In this document: positions 50,201-61,833 of the stretch, piece after piece
Position numbering within the stretch: position 1 is the stretch's first letter
How the letters are laid out: every line of letters begins with the position of its first letter
Source of the DNA: Podarcis erhardii
Lineage: Eukaryota
DNA length: 64,000 nt
Direction: 5' to 3' (one strand)
NCBI GenBank assembly: GCA_964252035.1
Contig: OZ176210.1
Translations under genes and position numbers: made by a program
Notes under the pieces: model-generated
The model's input: the letters and a program-made list of their open reading frames with translations, nothing else
What the model was told of the DNA's origin: nothing
The model's database searches: none

Positions 50201-51829
50201 GTGGGGGTGACACCCAACTTTTATAACATTATGGTTTTTTATCCTATTTTAATGTTTCATTGCATAGGCTGCTCTGGGATTATGATAATTTTAAAAAGAG
50301 TGGTGTATCAAACAAAGAAAGTACACAAATACTGCCCCCCCTGCCCCCCGATAAGCTTCAAAGGAATCCTATTAATACCCAAAACACAGTTTGAGGACAC
50401 TGAAAGTCCATTGCTAATACTTCCCTGGATTACAGAGTATAATAGCCCTATATGAGCGTGTTACTCCTTTTAATTAATCCCATGGCATCGATCCCAGATG
50501 TTTCCCCCGCTGCGGCTTGATACTGATGAGCTAATCCTGAAATTAGATTAACCTGCGTGGATGAACAAACGGGGATGTGGAGTCATGGTTGTCAGGACAA
50601 CAAATAGAAATTGCATCCTATTAATCCTCTCAGAAGAAATCTGCTTCCAGCACAGCAACAACACCCAGGACATGTTTCCAGCAAAGTCAATCCAATGAAA
50701 TTTATTATTGTGCGTTTGTTGCTTTCATTGGGTACATGTGTAACAAAGGGAGCCCAGGTTCATTAAGCTGTAAAAACACATGCTGTAAAATTGTAGCCAT
50801 TAAAAATAATAACAAGAAGTTTTTCCCACGATGGTAAACTCTAGAAGGGAGAGACAGGTTTGAATAAGAACTTAAGAAGAACCTACAGGGTCAGTCCAGT
50901 GGCCCCTCTAGTGTGAACTCTATTCTCACAGAGGCCAAATGGATGACTATTGAAGTCCTAGAGGAGCAGGTCTGCCAGTGGAATCATAATAGAGGCAATA
51001 CAAAAAAATAATACCATAGGGGCATCCTCCTCTTCATCCAACAGGTTCTAATGTGTTTTTTAAAACAACAACAACATAGCCCTAAAAATATAATGTGTTG
51101 ATGTGTTTACTTTGAGGTGTTTGAAAGTTAAACAAATACACCACACAGATACAGTGCTCAATTCTATGCACAACAGATTTCCTGAATGCACAACAGTATT
51201 GTCCAAAACAATCTTGTGCTGAAGGGATGGCATAGATACCCACTCATGTATAAGTAGTGATAGTGAGCTAACCTGATTGAGCCAGGGTCGCAGGATGCAT
51301 GTCCATAGCCAACCCTTAGCTGGTTCGTAACAACTACTACCCGGAGCAGATCACATTTGCCACATTAAGATGCAGAACTAACAAGAGAGATGACATATGC
51401 ACCAAGGCAAAACTGAGTTTCTGTCTGGGTGACATGGTCCCGGGAACACGCTGCATATCCACCGCATAATAAAACTATGTGCCGTAACCACCAGGAAAGA
51501 GAAAGAACAGCAAGGAGTGGATTACGGCAAAGCTTTTGTAGACTAGAATCCACTTCAGTCAGCAAGTATAGATGTGTACACACAAACACCCAGTTCACCA
51601 CCTGTTCTTGATCCCCATGATTGCTTCCACGGTTAATTTGCAAGATGCACCACAGCTGCCCAAAGCAACTTAAATAGAACGCATTGTAGGCGGACCACAA
51701 AGTCCATTATTTCAAGTGTGCATACAGTACCTCGGGGTTCCTAATTTTGGAGCCCTTCGTCCCAAATATTTGCAGGTGTGTAGGACAGAGAGAGGAAGCT
51801 GCCTTATGTGCCCATTCAGTATTGCCCCA

Positions 51830-52135
51830 CAGTGTTATATCCTGCCTTTTACGTCTCCTCCAAGGAGCTCAAGGTGGCGTTTATGGTCCCCCCTCCTCCC
51901 CTTGCTCTCCTCCCCACAGCCCTGTGAGGTAGGCGGGACTGAGGTCACCCACGGGCTTCATGGTGGCTGAGTGGGGATTTGAACCCAGGACTCCCAGGAC
52001 TCTGTGCAGCTGCTCTCCATCCACAGTTGCAGGCAGGGGACACCCTCCGCCCCCAAATCCTACCTGGAGACGCCGGGGGTTGAACCCGGGACCTTCCACC
52101 CAGGGTCCTTCCCGCTCCATTCCATCCCTCAGCAT
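51830..52135 (-). mobile_element. Composite squamate SINE (Squam2-like head, Squam3-like body) abutting the CpG island
   Basis: Two B-box motifs (gggttcaacccc, gggttcaaatcccc) and a cctacctcacagggctgtg body. Confidence 0.6.
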
Positions 52136-52213
52136 GCCGCCGGCGTCCCCTTCCTTGCAGGTAAGCCCTGCTGAGCTCTGGAGGTTTCGCGCAGCGCCCT
52201 TCCCGCCTCTTAC

Positions 52214-52530
52214 CTGCCGGGCAGGTGGAGCCAGGAGGAGCAGGCGGGCAGCCGCGCGCCGCAGGGTGTTCATTGCAGCCGCCACTCGGGAGCCAATGAA
52301 AGGCTCTTGCTCCGCCGCCAGGAAAGCCAGAGAGAGAAGGCGCGTGCGCGCATGGCCGGGAGGCGCAGGCACGAGGGGGAAAGGCGGGGCGGCGGCGTGG
52401 GAGAGCGTGCAGAACGGAGGGAGCCCCAGGAAGGGGGAGGGAGAGCCGACGGGAGAACCAATCGGCTCGCAGGGAGGGCGTGGCCGGCCGCGCGCCTTGG
52501 GCTGGTTTCTATAGCAGCGCGTGCGCAATA
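52214..52530 (-). promoter_or_regulatory. CpG island promoter with a minus-strand first exon ending at donor 52214
   Basis: CpG-dense. CCAAT at 52293-52297 and 52458-52462, NRF1-like GCGCGTGCGCA 52517-52527, consensus donor CAG|gtaaga. Its position between the ZNF131 3' end and NIM1K fits a NIM1K promoter. Confidence 0.65.
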
Positions 52531-54061
52531 GCGTGGCTGCGAAAAGGATTCACCTGTTGGGTTTCTGCCTGCCTCGTTATTGCTATTATTGCTATTATTA
52601 ATAATACTTTGGTTTAATTACCACGCCTGTTCACCTCTGAAGGGGATGGAGGCAGCTCACATATAAAAACAAGAAATGCCACATTGGGGGTGGGGGGAAC
52701 CATTCATTTAAAAAAGCAATTAGAAGTACACGAAATCTATTAACAACAACAACAACAAACAACTAGCATTGTTAAGCTGGGTGAAGGGAGAGAAGAGGCA
52801 AGCTGGAAAACTGGGAGCAGCAATGCCCTCACCGCCCCACCCACCCCGCTCAAGGTGGGGCAATACAATATATATATATTTAGGCAGAGATGTCACTGCC
52901 TTAAAATATACAGTCCCTGGGTAGGTTCAAACCCACTGTGGATGCTGAAGTGTCTATTCTGCTTACTATTCAAGGAATCACTGTTCCTAGAAACCATGGA
53001 CAGCTCCACACACAATATTCTTTCCTAAGAAAGAAATGCTGTACAGATGCGATACTAAAGTACCAGGTAGTACAAAGTTCCTTGCACAAATCGGATGGAG
53101 ACGAAGTTTTAAAAACTGAGGGTGGCTTGAAAGAGGGATCACCACTCATGATATGTGTTGTCATTCCCACTTCTACCCCTTGCTAAGCACACATTGTTTC
53201 TAAACATATCTGAATGCAGGAAACAGCAGGGGGCAAAAGAATGCAATTCACATCATGGCAAGTAAACCCAGTCATTAAAAGAAAAACGGCAACAACATTT
53301 TGTACATCGTTTCCTTGTGCTTCTAGCTTGTACTCTTCTTCCCAATGAGAGCACTGAGCAGTGGCTGCCAGAACATTATCACACACAATGGCATATCATT
53401 TCTTCCCAGGTGTGGAAGAAAACTGTTGTCCATGAACCAATATGTGTAAACAGGAAGGAATCAGCAGCCAAGATGTACTGCAAAGCAACACCCCCCCACA
53501 CACAAAAAAAGCTAGCCAAAATGGTAGTATGTTGGATTTGTACAACAGGCAGCTACTTCTTTGCTTACAGGTTGCTCCTGATCCTCCTTGAAAGGAGTAC
53601 TGCCCTCTAGCCTACTTAAGCGTAAACACCACCTTTCCTTATACTGTAGATCCAGCGCTTGATACAGCCTGTCATTAATTTTGTACACTTCGTTATACAG
53701 TTTGCAATGCTACCAAGTCATTGGAACTCCCCCAAGTTCACATACTTTAGAAATAGAGAATTCAGATATCATTGCCTCCCTGCTACATTCCGGTGTCTTC
53801 TGCGTTATCCTCCCATCTTTTTCCAGAGCAAATTTCCAGTTACCTACCTCCAGCTTTGAGTATTTGGTTCTAGACATACAGCCATCACTGCAGTGATGAC
53901 ATCAGTGGAAAAAAGGTATTTGGAAGACCATTAAGACCATTTTTAAGACTTGTTAAAATGTATTTCGCAGTAACAGCCCCATCCTTAACTTACCTTCTCT
54001 GAAGTCAGTCCTATGGAGTGTGAGAAGAGTTAAGTTCCAACCAGGAATACTTAGAACAGAA

Positions 54062-54362
54062 GCCTTACATGGTGGAACGCTCTGTCACAAGAGACTAGGA
54101 TCCTGCGGGACTTGATATCCTTCCGCAGGGCCTGCAAGACAGAGCTGTTCCGCCTGGCCTTTGGTTTGGACTCAGTCTGACCCCTATGTTTCCCTTCCCT
54201 TAGGGTTTTGATCTATGGGCTACTTTTAAAATGAGGCTGCATTTTAAATTGCATTTTAACCTGTATTTTAAATTGGTCCCCCCCCATTATGTTTTTACTG
54301 TAATTTTACTGGTGTTAGCCACCCTGAGCCTGGCTCTGGCAGGGGAGGGCAGGGTATAAATA

Positions 54363-54408
<46 letters not shown>
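54062..54408 (+). mobile_element. L2 LINE 3' end with a (TAT)n tail
   Basis: tggaacgctctg...cgcagggcctgcaagacagagctgttccgcctggccttt...gttagccaccctgagcc...gggtataaat(aat/tat)n. Confidence 0.8.
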
Positions 54409-54409
<1 letters not shown>

Positions 54410-54835
54410 ATTGAAACTCCCAGCAGCATATACTTCAATTTACAATTTGTATGTGAAAAGTGCCTTCCTTATAAGGTGGGGTGGGGTGGGGTGCACTTTT
54501 ACATCACCCATGGCTCAGTGTAGGAGATAAAAGCTTTAGAAGATGGTGCAAGCAGTTTGTGGAGAAAGCACAAGCACATCTCCAATCACTCTGAACTCAA
54601 GCATGGGAGTGTCTTGATGCTGGCCACAGAAGAAAGTCAAGAATTGGAGTCTTCTTTCCCCCTTTCCATTTGAATGCAGCCACTCTAACCCGCAATCTCT
54701 ATGATGCCCTTAATTTATTTGCATTGCTTTTCCTGAGCATTCTGCTCGCTAGGCAATGGCTCACATTTTCAACACAATCCCTGTTTGAGCCTCTCCTGGT
54801 AAAGGTGATCCACAGGCCTAGGCTTCCCAAGAGAC

Positions 54836-55075
54836 ATGGATGTAGTGTAGTGTAGTGTAGTGTAGTGTAGTGTAGTGTAGTGTAGTGTAGTGTAGTGGTT
54901 AGTGTGTCATGACTAGGGATTAGGAGATCCGGGTTCAATTCCCCACTCAGGTCAGGAGACCCATTGTGTAACCTTATACTAATTAACATCTGTCACCTTA
55001 ACTTGCCTGCGAGGGCAAAAACATGGATGCTTGCTTGAGCTGCTTAGAGGGAAAACAGGATAAAAGTGCAGTAAA
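54836..55075 (+). mobile_element. Squam3-like SINE with an expanded (TGTAG)n head
   Basis: (tgtag)x11, then tggttagtgtgtcatgactaggg...ccgggttcaattccccactcag. Confidence 0.65.
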
Positions 55076-55504
55076 ACACCTCCAAGGAGGTCAAAACCCT
55101 CACTTAAGGAAGCCCAATCCATCTGTGGTCCTCTAGATGCTGTTGGACCACAGAATCCCATCACACCCAACTACTGTGTATGCTGGCTGGGACAGATGGG
55201 AGCTGCAGTTCAACAGCATCAGGAGGGACCCATCTGATGAAGGCAGGCATTGGTGTCTCAATGATGCAGTAAAACTTTAAAGTGTTGGCCCAATGAGGGA
55301 AGGGAGGGTGGCATTTCAGGCAGCAAAGTGTCTAGTGCTGGCACTGGCAACAAACTGAATGCACATATTGTAAGGACAGGATTGGCCACAACTCCCTGAA
55401 AAGCTTACACTCCTGGACCAGCCCAACTTTTTTGTATAACATCCAAAACGGCCCTAAGAAGGAACAAATACTACATTAACTGAGAATTTTGTGGTTGGTA
55501 CTGT

Positions 55505-55510
55505 TTTATT
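55505..55510 (-). terminator. ZNF131: Probable distal ZNF131 polyadenylation signal (a second AATAAA lies at 55901-55896)
   Basis: AATAAA on the minus strand at the end of an AU-rich 1.3-kb region after the stop, with U/GU-rich sequence downstream. Confidence 0.5.
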
Positions 55511-56814
55511 GTCCAATAATACTGATTAAATATTTACACTCCTACTCTTATAAATCCACAGTTAAAACACTCATACCTATGGCTTTTGATCCCCCCCCCC
55601 AATCTTTTAAGCACAAGATCTTTCTGTAAAGGTTCAAAAAAGTTTAAATAATAAAACAGTAGCCTGATGCATTGAGCAGACACATTTACTTTGTATTTTT
55701 TTTAAACGCATTTTCTTTAAATATAAAATGTACCTTTTTTTCTAAAAATAAAAATCTGGTGATAAGATGCCAGTGCAACCTTTCAGCCAACTCATTCCTT
55801 GCTACAGATGCAGCCAAAATATTCCTATTATAATTGGCCCTTTAAATCAAAACAAAACTGCCCGTGTTGAACTAATTCCCCCCCCCCATCTTAAGTTTAT
55901 TGTAATGCAAAAAACCCTGGTAGCTGACAATTGTAAACAAAATTACAAAGCACTGTACAGCAATATCTACACTGTCTCCTCTGCATTAGCTTTGTAAATG
56001 TCCTAAAAGCTTTGTGGAAGTTTAATTCCTCAGTTGTGAGAAGGCACAAGGGTTCTTTTTAAAAACAAAACAAAAAGAAAACCTGTAACACACTCTACTT
56101 CCATACCAATCCACTTCCAGGCTTAAAGACAAGGAGTGTGTTCACATGTCACAGTAAACCATAGTTAACCAGTTCAGACATAGCATTTAACCAGGGACTG
56201 TGGTTTTTTGCTCTCGCTGGAAGCGTGAAGCAGGAGAGACTGCTGCATTTGCTGTGATGCGTGAATTGGATCTGTGGCTAACCTGAAGAAGATAAATAAA
56301 GCAAAGACTGCAGCTACTGCAAAAATTAATATTAGAGGGGGAAAGGGGATAAATTGTCTGCAGTCCTTATATAATCCATCTGAATGTTGGAACCTTGCTG
56401 TTTTAACACTAAACTCATACTTGGAAAAGAAAACAGAACTTGCTCCGGAAGTCTCTCCCAATGGCAACAGTATGACCTAAATGGTACAATCTAGCAAAAC
56501 TCTACTATTAAACTTCACACAAAGCTTGTTCATCTCTAGAATAGGCTTTGTTCCGTGGTTTTTTTGTTTTTTGTTTGTTTGTTTGTTTGTTAGGAAAGGG
56601 GGATTATCCCCCATCCCTCCCCAAAAAAAACTCAAGAAGGGCAGTTTAATCAAATATCCTAACTTTGGTCCACCTGTCCACTTCCCCAACAGCATCGATA
56701 CAAGAGAGCCATCCATTGGTGGTGCAAAAGTCATACAAGTAAATTAACAAAAATAGTTTGGTATTACATTTCCCACCCCACCCTCCAAATCACAGGTACT
56801 GCAGTCTACATTTC

Positions 56815-57474
56815 CTAGGTCTCCACCTTTTCCTCTTGCATATCCACTATTGGCTGAGTTTTTAAATCATCAGATTCTTCATGATCTGCTGTGTGTGCTT
56901 CCACCTCCTCTGCCTGAACAGGCGGGTTTGCTTCCAGCTCTCCTTGATCCACATGTCCCGATTCTACTTGCTCTATATCAGTTTCCTCTATAAGCTGCGC
57001 CTGAACCTCTTCCATTTGTAACTGGTTCACATGCTCCACGTCTAGCTCCTCCATGTGCACTTCAGCACTTTGCTCAGTCTGAATGTGCTCCACTTCTAAG
57101 TAGCTTATCTCCACCTGCTCTTGTAGCTCCGCTATTTGTTCACCTTTCACTTGATTATTCTGTATCAAATCCGGATGCACCTGCTCTACAGTCACTTGTG
57201 CTGGATCCACCTGGACCTGGATTACGGGCAGGACATGGACTTGTTCCACTTGCTCTATGATAGTCATGGAAGCCACTGGGTTGCTGTCCACTGGAAGAAT
57301 GTCCTCGGTCACAAGCCGTTCTGTGATGTTATGCATTTCTTGCAGGTGCCTCCGCAGTTCACTGCCTTGCATAAACCACACGTCACATAAGGTACAGTGG
57401 TTGGGCTTGTCACCTGTGTGTATTACCAAGTGATCCTTGAATTGATCCCAGCTGTTAAATATACTGTTGCAGAC
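56815..57474 (-). CDS. ZNF131: ZNF131 (ZBTB35) terminal coding exon: C2H2 fingers plus an acidic Q/V/E-rich tail
   Basis: ttctttcag|GTC. VCNSIFNSWDQFKDHLVIHTGDKPNHCTLCDVWFMQGSELRRHL...MTIIEQVEQVHVLPVIQVQVDPAQVTVEQVHPDL...*. 660 nt. Confidence 0.96.
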   Translation of the reverse strand, partial: VCNSIFNSWDQFKDHLVIHTGDKPNHCTLCDVWFMQGSELRRHLQEMHNITERLVTEDILPVDSNPVASMTIIEQVEQVHVLPVIQVQVDPAQVTVEQVHPDLIQNNQVKGEQIAELQEQVEISYLEVEHIQTEQSAEVHMEELDVEHVNQLQMEEVQAQLIEETDIEQVESGHVDQGELEANPPVQAEEVEAHTADHEESDDLKTQPIVDMQEEKVET

Positions 57475-58944
57475 CTGAAAGAACAAAACACAACAGCTGT
57501 AGGAATGCTAACCAAAGTTCATTGTATGTCTTCAGACCATTCTTTTCAATTCAGTTTATTTCTTTAAAACCCCAGGTGGCAACGAAACAATTCCACTGCT
57601 TAGGACCTAACTTTCCCTGCGTCAGCCAATTGGGAACTATAAATTAGTTCACAGTTACAAGCAACCCACTAACTAACTAAAAAATAGTTAAGGGAACCTC
57701 CAAAGGCATTATGCAGAACTGCACAGCGGATCCTTACACTGGATTAGCTCCATAGAATGACACAACCAATGACTGCATGCATGTGCATCTAGTCTTTTGG
57801 AAAGCTATTGCAATAAGACTTATTTAGCACCTTAAACATTTTTATCATTAGTAAAATCATTACACTTCTCTCTTCTAAAAAATGTTATAGTAATGCACCT
57901 TGCATTGAAGCACTTGCCTGGCAGCTATAGGTAACAAGGAATGGGAAGCAGGCGACTGGATGGATAAGCAGAGGAGAGAAAAACTGAATCCCTCCTCTAT
58001 GGCCAGCACAGAATCTATGGTAAGTGGGCTGTCCTAGAAGGGAAGCCTTCTTCTCCACGCCCATCACAGAAATGCAGCAAGTTACTGCAGGAGGGAGGGG
58101 ACTCTCATCCCTTCTGGGATAGCTCCCAGCAGGCTAGCAAAAATACTGCATGCTTGTAACTTTTGTGGGCTTTTTGCAAGGTTGTTTAATAGGTTCTTCT
58201 GTCCATCTTCAAATGCGCTATCACTAAGCAACTCAGCTTCTTTTAGTCTGACAGCCATTCACTCAAAGTTTGGTTTTTGGGCCTTCCTCCGTGGCATTCC
58301 CTCCCCAAGAAGGTTTTGCCTGGTTCCAACTGTTTCTTTCAGGTGCTGTACCAGACAAAGCCCTTTCTCCCAGTATTCAAGGCATTTGATACATTGCCAG
58401 CTCCCTGTGCTTATATCTTTAATGTTTGGTTTTATTGCTTTTTAAAGTTGCAAATCACTCTGAAACAAAATCTAGTATATAAATATTTTAAAGAAAATAA
58501 ATATAAACTCAACGTGGAAAATTGTTTATATAGAGTTTACTATAGAGATCAATGCTTAAAAACATGACATCTCTGTGGTGCAATCTGCCTGTGGTCTGAG
58601 GACCAACCAGGTAGGACTGTGGGTGCTCCCCACGCTCAGTGAGTAGTAAAGTGGTGAACTGCAGAGTAACGACATTTTTTTAATCATGACCAGACAAACT
58701 TTTTGCAAGAATCTTGCTGCAGGTGTGCTACACAAAAGGCAGGGCATCCTAACCTGACAGCCATCCCCTAAGGGTGCTGCCACTGGAGCACATGCCAGAA
58801 AGAGAGGAAGCAGGATCTCTGGCCAAGCAAGTGAGGGAAAGCCAGAAGAATAACGTTGATTAGTCTTCTGCAATAGCAATAAAATAAAGGGGGGGGGGGA
58901 AACTGCTTCTGTGCCCATCTTTAACAACAACAACAACAACAAAA

Positions 58945-59500
58945 ATGAACATAGTGCTAAAGACAAAGTATCAGTGGGGAAAATTAAACTTAGTCTTTTC
59001 TGGAACAATCTCCACTTTGAAAATAGCAGTGTTACCAAAAATCAATTTCCCATTTCGAACTCGCATATCTGAATTTGCAAAATCGCAAGATGTTCTACTC
59101 AAATTTATTTGTTGTAATAAAAAAAAACTCCAAGAATTAAAGCAAATATACAATTCTACATGAGAAAACAAAGGGTTTTTTCATACCAAATTTGAAATTA
59201 TACTATACAATAAGCTGTAAAGATTCTCTGGTGGACTGTATATTAGAATCCAACTTTAATCTCACAATTTGAAGAGACGTTACTAACATCATCACTCCAT
59301 AAATCATCATTGCATAAAATACTGTGGGGGAGATAGAACTTAATAAAGCTACAGCAGCTAAGAATAATTTCTTACTATCTACCAAATTCTAGATACGGTA
59401 TAAAAACAAGCAGATACTAGGTCCAAAAACATCCCCATTGCAATTAGTCCAAGTGGATCTTCACTCACACCCCAGTATTAAATTTTGGAGAAACAACAAA
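58945..59500 (+). mobile_element. L1-type ORF2 fragment
   Basis: ISTLKIAVLPKINFPF...LKFICCNKKK...FFIPNLKLYY resembles the post-RT region of L1 ORF2. It contains stops. Confidence 0.7.
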
Positions 59501-59506
59501 CTATTA

Positions 59507-60258
59507 CCGTATTTTTCGCCCCATAGGACGCACCGGCCCATAAGATGAACCTACGGTAGTTTTTTGGGGGGGAAATCAAGGAAAAAAATTTGATTCCCCC
59601 CCCCCCAGCCTGCAGAGGCTTTGCACAGCCATCCCCAAGCTAGAAGAGGGAGATGGAGCGCTCCATCTCCCTCTTCTGCCTTCAGGGACAGCCTCCCTAG
59701 CCTCCGTGGGGCAGCAGCTTGCCCCGCTGTCCCCCGAGATTGTGGGGCTGGCGGTTGGGAGAAGCTTGCTTGCTTCTCCCCACGCCAGCCTCCAAACCAG
59801 GTCGGGGAATAGCGGGATGGCGGCGCTCCGCCTCCCCGCTGTCCCCCGAGCTTGTGGGGCTGGTGGTGGGGAGAAGCTTGCTTGCTTCTCCCCACCGCCA
59901 GCCTCCAAACCAGGTCGGGGAATAGCGGGATGGCGGCGCTCCGCCTCCCCGCTGTCCCCCAAGCTTGTGGGGCTGCCCGATATCTGCTCGAAACCCGGGG
60001 TGCGCTCCGGAGCGCGCCCCATGCTTCGCACTGCAGGCTGCCGCCCGCAAGCCTTGCGAGCCTGGTGGGCACTCCCGCGGGCTCCCAAGGCTTGCGGATA
60101 GCTTTCTGAAGCCTGGAGAGTGAGAGGGGTCGGTGCGCACCGATGCCTCTCGCTCTCCAGGCTTCAGCGAAAGCCTGCATTCGCCCCATAGGACGCACAC
60201 ACATTTCCCCTTCATTTTTGGAGGGGAAAAAGTGCGTCCTATAGGGCGAAAAATACGG
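59507..60258. mobile_element. Tc1/mariner (Tc2/pogo-type) non-autonomous DNA transposon, 752 bp
   Basis: TIRs ccgtatttttcgcc(c/t)..ataggacgcac, TA duplication at 59505-06 and 60259-60, CpG-rich core with a 112-bp tandem repeat. Confidence 0.9.
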
Positions 60259-60611
60259 TATTTTAAAGCACTGAGAAGAAACAATACTATTTCAGTTAAA
60301 ACCAATTCAGCTATCAGCATGGGCTTTCCACAAACAACTTTAAGATAAACTCTGAAAACAGGGAGAATGGCTTTGACACATCTCTCTTCTCTTCTGACAC
60401 TTTAAGGGCTCCAGGCTTCTAACTATTACTACAGGGTCCTGTGTAGCCTAGCACCACATGTTGCTGCAAGAACCCAGTCCTAAGTGTTCTGCAGCAAAGC
60501 CAAACTGGAGATCAGCTCCCACAACCCCGCCCTGGCCACCTTGTCGACAACACAGGCTGTCTACATGGTCAAATTCGCTAGACCAGAATCACGATGGGCA
60601 AAATTACATAC

Positions 60612-60742
60612 CTGACATTCATAAAGTTTCTTCCGTCCCTTTTTAGCACCAGCGCTGGACTGGCATGCTGTCAGGTGGCATTTGAGTGTGCTGTTTCGAG
60701 CAAAACGTTCACGGCAGTTTGGACACTCAAATGGTTTTTCAC
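60612..60742 (-). CDS. ZNF131: ZNF131 penultimate coding exon (upstream exons not found in this window)
   Basis: cttgatag|GTGAA...TGTCAG|gtatgt. GEKPFECPNCRERFARNSTLKCHLTACQSSAGAKKGRKKLYECQ. 131 nt, joins the last exon in phase 0. Confidence 0.96.
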
Positions 60743-61759
60743 CTATCAAGGCAAATATCAAGGCATGACCAAAAAATGAAAATCAGGTTGCCTCAGGTTC
60801 AGCTTTTTCACTGTTACAAACTCACCTCCCTACCCCCGTAATTAGGTGGGATTTTGCCAGTTTCCCATTCCCGAACGTCAGCTATCCAAGAGGAGTAGAA
60901 GTACAAGAATAAAGAGTTTAGGGACTACTAAGTAGGGTTAGATCAGTGATATTAGACTACTAAGCAGGGCCATCTTTCTATCTTGTGATATTAGCCGTCT
61001 AGGATGCTGTGTTCATAAACGGAGCAACATCCCTGATTATCCGTCCATCTCTGAAAACAGATGATCTGCTACGGCTATTAGCCAAGAACATACCTATCCC
61101 CTCATAGATTCATCTATTCCCTTTAATAGCCCACCCTTAAGAGCACAGCAAATAAGATGGCACAGGAAACAATCACCGCCGTGCCCAATGTGGCTCATTC
61201 ACAGGTAAAAGCAGGTAAGGCTATAACCTGAGGGTGGAATTACATGCTACCTTGGCAAGCAGTTTTCCCCAAATACTATTTGCGAAAGTAATACAAGTGT
61301 GGCATTTGGGAGAGGGATGTTGAATGTCTCCAATCTTCCCTTGCAAATGCTGACACAGACACACACCCCAGGCCACTCCCCACACAGTCAGGTTTATGTC
61401 AAGCTTCAGAGCCCACCAGAGATGCATTTGCAGCAGAGAACTGGCACAAGTGAGGAACAGGCTCATTCAGTGCACATCTGCATTTGGCAATTCTCTCCTG
61501 CATAATTTTCCCATTCACACTATTCACCTTATAGGGAAATCACTATTTGATAACTGTGTGCTGCTTCATGACATGCAATTCTGCCCTGATAGTCATGGAT
61601 TAGTTATGCATCATTTAAATTTTTTATTGTGTGCGCAGCATGCTTGTCTCCCACTGGAGCCATTGGAGGGCTCAACATTCCTGGTTATAGAAGCTGAACG
61701 CTTTCCCTTTCTAAGTAACACTGAGCAGGATTTATAACTTACATCTTGCTGAAGTGTTC

Positions 61760-61833
61760 AATAATAATAATAATAATAATAATAACAACAACAACAACAA
61801 CAACAACAACAATAATAATAATAATAATAATAA
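61760..61833. repeat. Compound microsatellite (AAT)n(AAC)n(AAT)n
   Basis: Read directly from the sequence. Confidence 0.95.

Noticed and set aside
52134-52166. + strand ATG mini-exon MPPASPSLQ with donor CAG|gtaagc
   Set aside because: It lies at the SINE/island junction with no upstream + strand promoter, and the candidate downstream acceptors give no convincing ORF.
58200-58440. Minus-strand WQCIKCLEYWEKGLCLVQHLKET, with C2H2-like spacing, in the ZNF131 intron
   Set aside because: The second His is missing, there is no good acceptor, an in-frame stop follows, and the flanking exons already join in phase.
59203-59385. Hydrophobic membrane-protein-like ORF on the minus strand
   Set aside because: It is antisense to the A-rich L1 fragment, which produces hydrophobic codons on the opposite strand.
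59551-60320. Several 130-217 aa ORFs and repeated units that could suggest a CRISPR-like array
   Set aside because: All lie inside the GC-rich MITE. The units are contiguous 112-bp tandem copies without unique spacers, in eukaryotic DNA.
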